The notes under the pieces: generated by a model | Told to the model about the DNA's origin: nothing | The model's database searches: none | The model's input: only the letters and a program-made list of their open reading frames with translations | In this document: positions 12,866-26,905 of the stretch, piece after piece | Layout of the letters: every line of letters starts with the position of its first letter | How positions within the stretch are numbered: position 1 is the first letter of the stretch | Program-made: the position numbers and the translations under genes | Assembly: GCA_964016885.1 (NCBI GenBank) | Contig: OZ024746.1 | Span: forward strand, 95,170,001-95,234,000 | Direction of reading: 5' to 3' | DNA length: 64,000 nt | Source: Eledone cirrhosa | Taxonomy: Eukaryota

Positions 12866-13974
12866 TAGTTACAAGAGATATATTAAGAGTAGTTCTGACA
12901 GATTATTTGTGTACCAAACATGGTCAAAAGGTTTATTGAGAGCAACAGCCTACTGGTGTAAAATAGTTGACAGCTGTCCATTAATTTTGAATTTATGAAA
13001 GTCAAGCGGGTGAGGAGATGGATAAGCAGATATCATCATTACATAGAGAACATTTTATTCAAATTTAGTTAACCAACAAATTAGGTTGGACTCCTATTTC
13101 AAAAAATTCCATATTGGCAATTCCTTTAGAAAGTCAGCATTTTAGTTCTTATTTGGTTACTCAAAACATTTTAGGATTCATACCAACATGATACATTACT
13201 AATCCAATCTAATGTAGTAAGTGTTATTTTAGCAAGCTACATTACAAACTAAATATTGTAATTAAGGAGAATGTAATCTCAAGATCAGTCAAGTTCACAA
13301 AAAAAGATTAGATTTTTAGTAATTAACTTATTAATAACATAACAAAATTCAGTCGAAAAAGAACAGAAGTTTGCATTAACTTAGAGAAATAAAATTACTT
13401 TTCCAGATCACTTCAGCAAGGGCAATTCATATACAATTAGTGCACAGAAACAATAACCTACAATAACTAAATGACAAATCTAAAGGTATATTATCTGCTT
13501 TGTTTCATACATAAAACAACTCACACTGGTTTATTAAAGTTTAGTCAACCTTTAACTTAGTTATATATTGTTACGTATCATTTGATTGATACTTAAACAT
13601 TGCATGTCTCTGTTTAAGAAGTTGGATTTCCAAACATATTATTACAGGTGCAATCCACTGCATGGTATCTTCAAGAAGTGTCTCCTAAGTATGTGTATAT
13701 ATATATATATATATCCAGAGAGTGTAACACAAACTTCCTGTAGGTTCACCCAGGTGAGCACTCGATGTTTAGGTTCATGTCAGTATCGAGGTATAGAGCT
13801 AGACAGAGTATAATATAATAATACAAGGAGGTCCAATGAGCTTTTGATTCCAGATCGAATCTTGAGCTGATCAATATCAAAATGCGCATCACCAACCAAT
13901 AAACGTAATGAAGGCTTAACCATTCATCCTTATATCATTGTGGATTGGCAGTATCAGTAGAGGGTCGGATGCCA

Positions 13975-14440
13975 GTTCCTGTTGGGGAGCTATTGAAGAA
14001 CTGTCTGGTTGCATGTCCGGCCTTTTCACAGCCACCGGACACGCCGATACCCAGTTACACCGGACTGAGCGCCTCTCCCAGTTCAAGTATGATGGGCCTG
14101 CAGACAACATTAGCAGCCAGCCAGTCGGAGACCATCGGCACTTCCGCTGGTGGGAAGGACTTGATGGCAGACATGTCTGCATCGGAAGCCACAAGAAAGT
14201 AGGGGTATGTGTCTAAGGTCGGCTCAGGGCGCTTAAGCCGCAGAGCATCCCAGGACCTCGATGGGTTGGAGGACAGTGTCCTCCGAGGCAACCACTCTGA
14301 CTGCAGCCGAGACATCACCCATGAGTAGCTTGGCGTTTACACGGTCGCGTAAACGCTCTTCGCTGGTCTCAGGGGTGGCGGATTGAAGACACCCAAGAGC
14401 AGAGTGTGTGGCGTCCTTCAGCACACTTGGCATGGGCGCT
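13975..14440 (-). mobile_element. CRE-like RT fragment abutting a SINE head (13940-13975)
   Basis: RVNAKLLMGDVSAAVRVVASEDT...SAIKSFP and LSPV*LGIGVSGGCEKAGHATR. Confidence 0.8.
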
Positions 14441-14922
14441 TTCTTCAGCAGTGCTAAATATTTTCTAAAACTAATCACAATTTAATATTGTTAGTTAGTC
14501 GGTGATTGTCTTGTTGCCTTAAATCCCCAAAGTATGTGGAGGTTCTCTGCAGTAGCGTGCAGAGGTGAGGGGTCGTTGGTCCCGGGCATCATTTGCGGAA
14601 AAGAACTTAATAAATTTGATTGATTTATATAAAAATCGAATAAAGCGTTTATTTCAGGTTTCATCCGAGTTTATATATTCAAAGTGTTTTCCTTTCTCAT
14701 AATATTTATAGAGAGGGCTCCTGAGTCCAGTAAGACAACCTCCCTCATGCTGGTGGCACGAATAAAAGCACCCAGTCCATGCTGTAAAGTGGAGGGGTAG
14801 AGAGGGCCCCTGAGTCCAGTAAGACAATCTCTCTAGCGCTGGTGGCACGAATAAAAGCACACAGTCCATGCCAAAAACTATGAGCACGACAAATGAGAAT
14901 GATGTGCATATCTTTGTATATA

Positions 14923-15026
14923 TATAAGGTGTCTCAAAAAATGTATATACACTTTGATTACCTGTACATGCAATATTTATTAGAAAGCTGTTGAAGTGTG
15001 TATACATTTTTTGGGGACACCCTATA
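14923..15026. mobile_element. ~100-bp Tc1/mariner-type MITE
   Basis: Imperfect TIRs AAGGTGTCTCAAAAAATGTATATACACTT / AAGTGTGTATACATTTTTTGGGGACACCCT, with TA flanks. Confidence 0.75.
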
Positions 15027-15139
15027 TGTGTATATCTATGTATATATATATATATGTATACATATATATATATGCATGCATATAAATATATGTATATGCA
15101 AGTGTGTCTCTATATATATATGTGTATATATATATTCAA

Positions 15140-15333
15140 ATTGTTGGCCTTGTGCCTAAAGTAGAAACAAAGTTGGACGTGCACGTTTTGCAGTAAAGTT
15201 CCGGCCCTTTATGGTCTGAGTTCAAATCCTGCCGAGGTTAACTTTGCCTTTCATCCTTACGGGGGTCGATAAAATAAAGTACCAGTAATACACTGGCGTA
15301 ATTGCTGGTCTTGTGCCAAAAAATAGAAACAAT
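15140..15333 (+). mobile_element. tRNA-derived SINE (plus an adjacent 3' fragment)
   Basis: Box B GAGTTCAAATCC, conserved core and 3' end. Confidence 0.85.
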
Positions 15334-15366
15334 TATTATAGCTGTATATATGTAGATAAAATATTC

Positions 15367-15492
15367 TGCGCATGCGCAATTGATGCAAATTTTTCAGACA
15401 AAAAATGGCTGCTGAAATTTTAGACGTATTTTCTAACCTGTAGAAAATAAAGGTTAAAAACTTGGATTTTTACCATTTTTACGAAGGTAAAG
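15367..15492 (+). promoter_or_regulatory. Candidate promoter/first exon: NRF1 palindrome, octamer, YY1-like motif and splice donor
   Basis: TGCGCATGCGCA 15367-15378; ATGCAAAT 15383-15390; AAAATGGCT 15402-15410; AAG|GTAAAG at 15486/15487. Confidence 0.4.
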
Positions 15493-15622
15493 TAAAGCTT
15501 TATATTATGTTGAAGTCTTTTATTGAAATATTGTATATTTATTTCCCTCCATAATGTCACCAATAACTTATTAAACGATAATTTTGTTTAGCTATTGCTA
15601 CCCCTCCTCACGTTTTTCAATA

Positions 15623-16236
15623 TACAGGGTGACCCCCAAAACACTCTGAGAGCTTGATTATAGCATTGATGTGGTATCAACCAATACCACATGAAACTTT
15701 GTTTGTTTATGCAACTGTAGCCACGAAAATTGTAAGAATATTCATTTAAGATTTCATATCATAAGTATTTGAAATCATAGTCGCAATTATCTCTAAAACT
15801 AATTAGACTCTTGAGACACATGAAGCAACCAGTGTCCACCATGGCCAGTTGCATCTATCAACACATCGTTCAAACTTTTGTTAATAATTTTCAGGTCCCA
15901 GTCGATTGTCTGGCACCAGATCATCTTGGGACATCCTCTTCGCCTCTTTCCAGTTGAAGGGGTACCAATACAGGATCTGATTTTCATGTCTCTCACCTGG
16001 GAGTTATACGGACCGACAGATTAGACTTAAAACTCCCATATCTTGAGACATACGAGGCAACCAAAGTGTTTCAACGATCACCATTGTCAGTTACATCTAT
16101 CAATACATCGTTCCAACTTTTGTTGACGGGTTTCAGGTATCAACGAAATACCACATGAAACCTTGTTAGTTTATGCAACTGTAGCCACGAAAATAAGTAT
16201 TTGAAACCAAGGAGTGTTTTGGTGGGTCGCTCCGTA
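15623..16236. mobile_element. Possible Tc1/mariner-type element enclosing decayed RTE 3' fragments
   Basis: Imperfect ends TACAGGGTGACCCCCAAAACACTC / GAGTGTTTTGGTGGGTCGCTCCGTA. Internal minus-strand GKRRRGCPKMIW (RTE C-terminus), duplicated at 16690-16870. Confidence 0.5.
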
Positions 16237-17214
16237 TTTCTACCACATTTTAATACAACACCCTCCAACATAGTTATAGTTATAATCGAATGGTTAGTAC
16301 ACTTTAATATATTCTTTTTATTGATTTATATTCACCATTCCTTCCGTAGTGTTTGTCACTCTGGTGGTTTTTGATCCCCTTTGATTGAACACATATCTCT
16401 GTCTGTTGATTTATAAATAATATGGAATCTATTCCTTGAACTCATTAAATTATAGATGATTGATGTAAGTTTTTAACTCCGTTTTTTAATTATACACACA
16501 TATATATTTATATGTGTGTGTGATGTACACAATTTAATGAAATAGTTTATCATAGATTTTTAGTTAGTTTGTTACGTTGATGTCACTTGGTAAATATTAT
16601 ATTTCTAGTTCACCTTTATGTTTTGTTCAGGTGTGACTTCGAATTGGAAGACTTTCTCTTTGTCATAGTCGCAATTATCTCTAAAACTAATTAGACTATT
16701 GAGACATACGAGCAACCAATGTCCTCCATGGTCAGTTACATTTATCAATACATCGTTCCAACTTTTGTTGACGAGATTCAGGTCTCTGTCGATTGTCTGG
16801 CACCAGATCATCTTAGGACATCCTCTTCGTCTCTTTCCACAGAGGTGGGTAAATACAGTACCTGATTAACATGTCTCAATTGGGAGTCGTGTGAAATAGA
16901 CAGACAGACGTAGTTTCGTTTTTAGACTTCATCTACATTCTTGGGAGGAGGGTACCAATACAGATTTACACAGAACAGACCGGACCTTCTGCTTAAATTT
17001 TAAACATGTTTTCCAACCTACAGAAAAAAGTAAACGTTAAAAACTTGGATTTTTACCATTTTTTACGAAGGTAAAGTAAAGTTTTATTTTATTGAAACTA
17101 ACTTTGTATTTTTATTTCCCTTTGGATTATCATGTCTCTCATTTGGGAGATAGATTAGACTTAAAGCTCTATACAGCTTTTTCTTACCTTAATTAGTTAC
17201 CAGGTGTGGTATCC

Positions 17215-17580
17215 ACTAAGGCATTATATTTCATCTGCCTGTCACCCACCTTATGGATTGTCTCTCTCTTGACCATCGCTATATTTGACAGCATTATACT
17301 TGTTTTAACGGCTGTTTTCTCATTTTTATATATATTCAAATACACTCTCGATCAGAGACAACATTGTTCTAACTTTATCATAGCTATGATTAGCTTTCTA
17401 TTTAGTACAGACACCGTAGCTTGAGGTCCACCGTCCCATTATTTTCTTGTCTTTCGTCCTTCTATCAGTGGTTCTGTTTGTTTTATCACACTCACATCAT
17501 ACCAACAGAAAGGTTTATATTTCTGTTGCACGATCCAGCATTTTAAAATGGTACCCTCAATTAAATCGGGCGAAACATAC
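17215..17580. repeat. Dispersed unclassified element (inverted relative to copies at 51200-51520 and 54870-55500)
   Basis: GCATTATATTTCATCTGCCTGTCACCCACCTTATGGATTGTCTCTCT and GATCCAGCATTTTAAA match the reverse complement of the 54.9-55.5 kb copy. Confidence 0.8.
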
Positions 17581-17603
17581 ATACACACATATATGTATAC
17601 ATA

Positions 17604-17703
17604 ATTGTTTCTACTTTTTGGCACAAGGCCAGCAAGTACCCAGTACATTACTGGTACTTTATTTTATCGAACCCGTAAGGATGAAAGGCAAAGTTAACCT
17701 CGG
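17604..17703 (-). mobile_element. tRNA-derived SINE, 3' half
   Basis: Family core and tail. Confidence 0.85.
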
Positions 17704-19624
17704 ATCATTAATGCTAGAAAGCATATATATGTATACATAAAAAAAAGACAAAACTGGAAGAATTTGATAAAGTTTTTAATTTATTTTATTGACAATGTAT
17801 ATAAATGACTTTCATAGTTTTTGTCACTGTACTTCTCTCTATATGTTGATTTATAAAGAGTATGGAATCTATTCCTTGAACTCATTAAATTATAGAGGAT
17901 TGATGTAAGTTTTTAACTCCGTTTTTTAATTATACACACACATATATATATGTGATGTACACAATTTAATGAAATAGTTTATCATAGATTTTTAGTTAGT
18001 TTGTTACGTTGATGTAACATAATAAAAGACAAAACTGGAAGAATTTGATAAAGTTTTAAATTTATTTTATTGACAATGTATATAAATGACTTTCATAGTT
18101 TTTCTTACAGATGTCCAGCCTTCTCGGTCATATGCTGTGTTGTTTGCAACCTGTGAAAGTATCCTGAACAGTGATGAAGTGTCTGTTAATAAAAGAAATA
18201 TTTACGAATTGTATTAATAAAAAATAATCTTTACACTTTATATACGAGTTGTGTTCAGTTTATTTAGACTCATAAACAAAGTTTCACATATTATATATGA
18301 CCCTACTGTCTAAAATCTCAATAAATTACAACAGCTGAGTGGATTCTTTCAAAGAAAATAGTCATACTTTTCTTATACTCTAACAAGAATGAGGAAAATC
18401 GGGATTTTTAATTAAAGGGAGATAACTCTTTAAAAGTATGAGTTGTTTCCCTTGAATAATAAGAATGTAGATGAAGTGTCTAAAAAAATCTATTTGAAAC
18501 ATAGATATGTAAATGAAACTTCAAGAATGTAATTAAGATTCTTCCTAATATAATTCTAATATGTAAATGAACTTCAAAGCTCATTTGCATATTAGGAAGA
18601 ATCTTAATTACATTCTTGAAGTCTATCTAATATGTAAATGAACTTCAAAGCTCATTTGCATATTAGAAATTTTGAAAAAGAATTTTCCACAGTGGTCAGG
18701 GACGGGCCCGAATAGTCCCAGGCCCACTTAGCAATCGTACGCCACCGCGAAGGCCGCAATTCTACTAAGTAAAATAGTAGTACTTATGGCTACTTTGGAA
18801 AAATTTTGATCAAAAAAAAAATTTTATATATGCAAACGGAACAAAGGGAAGTAATTCTGGATTCAAATATTTTTTTTCATAAGACAATTATTAATGCATT
18901 GGTGGTGCTGCGAAGACGGGGTTTTCGATGTCTGCCAACGGATTGTTATGGGGGTTTATAGAAGTTCGATGGTGATCCTTTCTACAATTCAGGACCCTTT
19001 GATGTCTACAAGGTGTTGCGATAGAGACGCAAGTTAGACGTGAGAGGGTAACCAGCTTTGTTTACAGTCGAGCGATAGCCATAGAAGATTATACAGGTCT
19101 TTTAACCGCTTTTTTGGCGACCTTATGTACGTGCCTTTGGTCCTCTAAGCGAGGACAGAGAAGATCTTACAAGCCAGAGAGGACATCGAGAGGGGTAGGC
19201 ATTTAACTTGGGTGTTCTCAGTCCTGAAAGGAGACTGAGGTGTGATACACACAACACTTCCACTGAAATATGTACTTCCTGTACAGTCACCAAAGGAGGC
19301 AGGAACTGACATATGTACTGTCTGTACAGTCACCATCGGTTTTCGATTAACAACCATAACTACACTCCGTAACAACACACATATATCACCAGCAACGTAT
19401 TAACAATTTTCTAATGAAAAATATATTCACACCTGAATTACTTCCATTTATTCCGTTTATATATATTATTTCATCAACGAATAATTATAAATATAGATAC
19501 AAATGTGACTAATACGTACCTTGATGGACTCCGGGTTTAAGGGTGTAGCCACAGGGAGGGGGGGGGGGGGGGGGTAAAGTGTGCCATTAACAGATGAGCC
19601 CAGTTCTTGGGATGTTAAGAGACC

Positions 19625-20100
19625 TTTTATAAGCCGCCGTATGGAGGGACAGCTACCACAATATACTGTATATCAGGGGCATTAAAATGCAGACCCATTG
19701 TTATATTACATGTAATTGTGGGCCGTGTGGGGGAACACTGTATAACAGGGACGTTAAAAGAGAGGCCCACCCATAGATGTAACTGTGGGATGTAGAGAGG
19801 AGCAGCTAACACAATGGTATATGAGGGACATTAAAAAACAGATCCAGCCTTAGATGTAACTGAGGGCCGTATGGAGGGAGAGCTACCACAATGTACTCTA
19901 TAACAGGGACATTAAAAGACAGAGACAAACAGACCTTATATTAGATGTAACAGCTGATGTATGGAGGGACAGCTACCGCAATATACTCTATATCTGGGAC
20001 TTTAAAAGACAAACACACCCTTATATTAGAAGGCGCTGCTATAACTGTATATCAGGGACATTAAAAGACAGGTCCACCTTTTTATAAGCTGCAACTAACG
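19625..20100. repeat. Degenerate tandem repeat with an ~75-90-bp unit
   Basis: Recurrent GTATGGAGGGACAGCTACCACAAT...AGGGACATTAAAAGA. Confidence 0.75.
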
Positions 20101-22126
20101 TGTGGAAGATTAAACATGAAGCTGAACTCCTAAATACGCTGGGAAGAGCACGTCTCTAGGATGAAGGATCATCGCCTGCCCAAGATCACTCTCTATAGGC
20201 GTGGGGTTATCGAAGTTCAATGGAGACCCTGTTCTACATTTGAGGATCCTTTGATAACGACAAGATCTTACGATAAAGCCGCAAGTTTCATCTATGGTGG
20301 GGGCATGTAGAATATATTTATTTAAGCACTATTGTTATTTTAATAAAAAATGAAAAACCTATGTGTTTGTTTTTTAATCACAGAATTAATGTTGAAAATA
20401 AACAATAAAATGCGGGGATTTGATAATAAAATTCAACATGTTTCTTTTTTATTCACAGGAAATATATTTAGTGTATTTTGTTTTAAAACTCTTCCTAGTT
20501 TTCCCTGTAGCAGCTCTGTCTTTAGCAAGTATTTTGGTGGATTTAAATGTTTCTTTCAAGATTGAGATCAAAGATCATAAATTGTTGATTCAATTTTTCA
20601 GCAGTGCTAAATATTTTCTGAAACTGTAATCACCATTAAATATTGTTAATTAGTCGGCGATTGTCTTGTTGCCTTAAATCCCCAAAGTATGTGGAGGTTA
20701 TCTGGTCTGTCGCTTATCCCGTAAAGTGAATGAGAGTACAAGACACCCTCCTGGACAGGCCGCCAGTCCATCACAGGGTTTAACCCTCCACCTATTACTC
20801 CACCTATTCAGCTCAGAAACGAAGGTAAGCACCAGCCTGATGAACCTCTGGGCTTCAAACAAATTTTAAATCCCCCTAGACAGGAACTTTATTTATCAAT
20901 TTTACAAGGATTAAAGGCAGATTTACCCTCAGTGGTGTTTGAACTCCGAAAGAAGCTAGAAAAAAGTACCACAAAGCAGTGACTGCACCAAATTGATTTG
21001 AACTTTTCATGAAAATCAGTATGTGAGTTTGATCCCTGGCCTGGGTGATGTGTTTTGTCCTTAAGACATTTTATTTCCTGTTGCTCTTCCTGCCAGGAGT
21101 TGCAACAGGTAGATAGTATTAACAATGGAGATATCAATGGAAACATTATTTCGATGGTCGGTCTGATTTGATGAGTTCTATCCAATCAATAAGGAAATGA
21201 GGTAGGATCTTGTTGATAGATCTTTTTTTTTAAATCATCTGTGTCTTTCTCTTTTATTAATATTGTTGAGTGCGACTTGAGAGTGATTTGGCTACTATTT
21301 CTAATTTCAAATGACCATGCAAATATTTCCTTATTGGGAAGGAGATATTTCTAAAAGTACACATCACCATGAAGGCGAGAAAGGTTGCATTAAATTATAT
21401 AGGTTCTTGTGAGCAGAGAAGATAGGAGATGCAATGAAATTAGTGGGTCTAGATAGAGAAGAAGGCATACAATCAGCTATTTCAGAAGAGACTATTGCTT
21501 GTTTAACCTCATCTATATTATGGATATCCCTTTAAGATGATTGATAGACAGAAGCAATAAAATACTAGATTAAAAGATTAGTGGTATTTAGTTTTATCTT
21601 TATGTTTTGAGTTCAAAAACTTTGTGACGTGTTTAGCAAATGAACAAAGTCACCTTAGGGTAGAGATGAGTCTTCAGTCTTGCTGAGTATATGATCACAC
21701 TCTCTAGAGCTGCTGTTATGAGAAAATGCACACAGCATCACAATCATCATCAGCAGCAGCACTGTTTAATTTCCACGTTAGCATGGGTTAGACAAGTTGT
21801 CCCATTGTGAGACAATACTATGTATAAATAAATAAATATATATTTTTTTACTTTTCCTATATTTATATATATGTATCATTTGATATTTAATATACTATTA
21901 TATCATCTCTACCACCTCCCACTGCCCTCTTACACTTCAGCCACACCCTTGGACCTTCTCAATGACCCCTGGGGAGTGGCAGCACCCACTTTGAGAACCT
22001 CTGATATGAAACCTTCCAACACACTTTGATACTATTCTCTCATGGGAGGAATTAGACTTTGATATGGTAGTAAATGATTTTATAGGCCTGATACTACTGA
22101 CAGCAATGAACTATATATACCTATAT

Positions 22127-22520
22127 ACTGCGGAGGATATGCGACAGCTGGAGAGAAAAGAAGCAAGCATGCTCTGATGGGTGTGCAATATCAATGTGCA
22201 TGAACAACCAAGCATAGACGAGTTGAAAGTGAAACTGTATAAGAGGGATAAACTGTAGTGTGCGGGAGAGAAGACTGCGTTAGTATGGACATGTGATGCA
22301 CATGGAAGATGATCGCTGGGGGAAGAAGTGACAAGAAATCCAGGTGGAAGGAAGACGCAGTAGAGGTAGACCACAAAAAACATGGGCAGACATGGTGAGA
22401 GCTGACCTCATATCACTGAAGCTCACAGAGGAGATGACAAAGGACCAAGATGAATGGAGAGATGCTGTGCTGAAGAGGACCCATCCCACCCTTGCAAGCA
22501 AGGAAAAGCTGATGATGATA
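22127..22520 (+). mobile_element. RTE LINE 3' fragment (same family as 40620-42670)
   Basis: EGRRSRGRPQKTWADMVRADL... with a short (TGA)n tail. Confidence 0.9.
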
Positions 22521-23947
22521 CTATTCCAGAATCTCTACATGCAGTTTATTATAAGGGATGTGTGCTAGTCACAAATACAATACAATGTTGTGAGAAACAG
22601 GACATGAACTTCTAGATTTTCTTATTAACTCAGTAATATGTGATTTTCTGCATGATTTAAACTGCCAATAAATTCAATGAAGCGTTTCTTAATATAGTAT
22701 TTAATCCACTTGGTCAAGCAAAGCCATGAAGGCATGATGAGACTCGACTCGGCTCTCTCTCCCTTGCCAATTATTGTTATTAACATGTAGCAACAACAAA
22801 AGCTAAATTGACAGGACTGTCAGTGTTAAGGGACCAAGAAGAGAAGGATTTAATAAGCCAATCACGAAGGAAGTGACATTACAGTGATTGACTGGATCAT
22901 TGCTGGGTTCAACAATGTAGAACCTGTGAGGGGATATTTTGTTAATGTCTACTGCAATATAGCAGAGAATTTTAATTACATTCAGTACAGCTGCTTAATA
23001 ATGTAACAAGGCAGAAGCATATAGACAAACTATCGATTTCTTTTGACATAACACAAGACTAATTTGTGTTAGAGGAAATGGATGTAGTTAACTGAATTGA
23101 CTTCAGTATATTACTAGCACTTGTTTGAGCTAACCAACAAAACCTCTACAGGGTTACTTGGTCTGCTAGAAATAGCAGGCAAGTCTCCCACATAACTACA
23201 GCCCATCATCCTATCCTAACATAAGAAGGGGTACATTAAATAATGCATATTTTGGTAACTGTGCATGTAGAAAGGAAAATTTAATTTAGAAAAAATAGGA
23301 TGATCTCTAATGATAGGTCTGCTTAGTCAGGGTTGACTCGGGGTTAAACAACAAGAGCACTGGTACTTATCTTATTAATCCATAAAAGGGTCTGCTTCTT
23401 CTTTTCCCCCTTTATTCCAGAGAGGGCTGTGGTGGCAGAGTCCTCAAATACTCCTTCCAGCAGGTCCTGTCAGAAGCAACCATCTCCAATTGTTCTGACT
23501 ATGTGAAAAGATAAATAAACCCTAGAATGCTTGAACTCAGAAGTTAGGAACCTAAGCAATTTCAGTATATTACTGTATCTCAGTTATGTGGTACCTTTCT
23601 TTTACCATAGCCTTCAGGTGACCAATGCGTTGCGAATGGAATTCAGTAGATAGAAAGTGTGTGGGAACTTGGTACAGTGTAAAGTGGTTAGCATTAGGAA
23701 TGTCATCCAGCTGTAGAAACCATGCCAAAAAGGGAGACAGGACTTTTCAGATGTATCAAGGGCACAATAATATCTCTAGTGCTGTTGTCTTGATAAAATG
23801 CACCCAGTACACTCTGTAAAGTAGTTGGTACTAGAAAGGACAACCAGTCATAGAATCCATGTCAAAATGGGCAATAAGAGTGAGGGATGTGGTTAATATA
23901 GAGCCTCGATAGAGGAGACTAAAATGTGTGGAGGAATGAGAGTCAAC

Positions 23948-24158
23948 TTAACCCTTTACCATTTACATTACTCTATATTTACTATTGTATTTTCGTGGTA
24001 AAGCCTTTACCTTACATAATTATCTCAATATTGAATTGATGAGATTTTGATATAATATATTTTGAGAACAATACCTTAACATCAGTATGAGTGGCTGGTT
24101 TCAGCTGGTTTGAACAGAAACAGGTGAGATAATTCTGGCCAGATATGGCCGGTTTAAG
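23948..24158. mobile_element. piggyBac-type MITE; opposite-orientation partial copy at 24494-24585
   Basis: TTAACCCTTTA start; body matches the family. Confidence 0.8.
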
Positions 24159-26905
24159 TTTACATTCCTCTGGGATTGTTAACGTGTAGATCCTCACAAA
24201 ATAGAAACTCAATAACTTGATCCTATATAATTACTGGTATCTGCAATTGAACAAAATAAGTCAAAGCTGGGAGAATCTGATTTCAGAGCATAGAAAGACA
24301 TAACTAAATACGGTAATGCAGCAACCTCTAAATTTATTTTGTCAAAGAACCCTATTCAATTTTATGGCATATGGTGGACCCTATATATTTTATAGACAAT
24401 CCATACCAACCTAATAACTGTAATGGATTTAGTCAAGAAATCAACTGTTCCAACTAAATCCTCATCGAAATGAATGATCGTTAGCATTAGCATTAACCCT
24501 TTAGCATTTAAACTGGCCGTATCCAGCCAGAATTCTCTCACCTCTTTCTGTTCAAACTGGCCATAACAAGCTGCTCATGCTTATAAAGAGTAACATTTTC
24601 TTCAGATTAGAAAATATGAAGTTGTTCCAGCGACCATTTTATTTTTTTCTAAACAGAGTTACTCCAATTATGCATGTGCAAAGTATTTACGTACAGTTAC
24701 AATGGTTATAAGAAGATGTGTCTAGTGAAGAATGTTTATATAACTTTATATGTATGTCTCTAAAAAGAAAAGGTTTCTTCCTGTATAGCGAAGGTATTAA
24801 AACGTATTTTTTAGTCACCGGTTCAATTCAATAGGGAAAAATGGCTAATCTACAGAGTAAGGTTTATAGAGACATAACAGAATGTATGTGTGTAGAGAGA
24901 AGCTTGAATATATTTCTTAGAATGTATGTATATATAGTGTCGAGATGGTTTAGTTTCTTAGAAGAGGTAACCATGTGTGTATATATATAGAGAGAGCGAG
25001 GGAGAACATGGTTTAGTTATGATGTCTACTTTTTTTATCTTAAAAGAAAACATGTGTCAAGTAGGTGAAGAAGTGCCAGAAAGCCACACTAAAGTAAAAT
25101 GTATGTGCTTAAAGAGGTTTACTTTAGAATAAAATGTACATTAAATACATGAACACAATAAAGATGGCTGATCTACAGAATAATGTTTATAGAGAATGTA
25201 TCAGTATGTGTGTTGAGAAAAGTTCGAGTTATATTTCTTAACCTCTTTACATGAATACAATATCCAAAATGACTTTTTTTGTAAATAGAATCAATTGAAA
25301 AAAAAAATCTTTTTCATAAAGAGGAAGTAACTCTAAATAAAGGGAAATAACTCTATTCAAGTTTATAGCAAAAGTACCCGGTTAACAAAGCCACGTGCCC
25401 TCGCAAAGACACAGAATAGTCACGCCATATATAAGTAGGCGACGAAGTCCGAACCGCTACGCACATCACCACGTGAAGCCGCAATACTACTAAGTAAATT
25501 AATGATACTTATTGGTAAAATTTTATTTATTTTAAAATATATAGATATAAGCTGAAAGAAAGCGAACACGCATAGATACAGAACAATTAATATGGAAGTA
25601 AATATACTAGTTTCTGGAAATAAAAAAATTCGAACCGTCCTCCTTATAAGTATCAATTATTGATTAAACCTAAATTTGGTATATATATAAAGTTTGTTCT
25701 AAGTTTATCACCTGATTTCTTGTTGTTAAGTATCTCAGAGTACAAGACTCTTCCTGGATATGATGCAATCTATCGCAGGATTAACTCCCTAACTACTAAA
25801 TGTACTAGAGCAACATGAAATAATGTTTTTTTCTTTTTAAAGAACACTTGAGCGTGTTGGCTGCTAACTACACAGAAAAAAAGTATACAGCATATTTCTT
25901 CTAGAAAAGGATAGGATAGAGATATAGAGGAAGAATCGTCCACAGTACTAGACTGGTACTTTTTTTTATCGACCACGAATGGATGAAAGGCAAAGTTGAA
26001 CTCAGATAAAACCGAAACAAATACCGTAAACCATTCTCTCGACTCTTTCAATTTGCCACCTTAAGGGAGTTATACGCCAGCCAAATATTTGGATCTCGCC
26101 CCTTCTAAAGCAAAAAAGGACACTTATTACGATGATCATTGTCAGGGAGTTCCATAGAGCTAACATTCTGGACAGGAAGGATTAAAGGACTCTGATTCTA
26201 CCACGACTGGAACAATGTTTAAACATATTTTCAATGGGTCAAGCTGTATAAACAGGTCGAAACCAATAAGTATATAAATATATATACATAGTAGTTAGCG
26301 ACCTTATAGTCAGAGCTAGAAGAACCCGACAACAGAAGATAGAGACATACGATATAGAGGAGCAGTGGGAGTTCCTGAAATATTGTGATATCTATGGGAA
26401 GAAGTGTGTCTGAAATGATTTTGGCGTACTTGCTGTCAATTATGCTGAAAAGACACTATGCTTGTGTGTTTCCTTTCTCTTTTTTATAAAAAAATAAAGG
26501 TACGATAAATATAATTTTTAAAAAAGAGAAAGGTTTCTTCCTGTATAGAGGAAATGTATGTGTATAAAAAGGTTTAGCTTCTTAGAATAAATTGTACGGC
26601 AAATAAAACATTACATACCTGTTTACATGAATACAACAGCCAAAATGATATTGATCAAAATGTAAATCGGATGAAATCAATTAAAAAATAAAAAAAAAAG
26701 AATTCCATAAAGGGGAAGTAATTCAAATCAAGAGAGATAACTCTTATCAAATTTAGAATGAAATGTGTTTTAATACGTATTCTATGAGCGGTCCCGGGTA
26801 CATGCCAACATATAGCCAGCCTGCAAATAGTCTCGGCCGCAATTAAGCCTCGTATCCGAACGAATTACTTCCATTCATTTCGTTTATATATATCAACAAA
26901 TAATA

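Noticed and set aside
16440-16600. Box C/D snoRNA in the putative non-coding transcript intron
   Set aside because: No convincing RUGAUGA...CUGA pair with a terminal stem.
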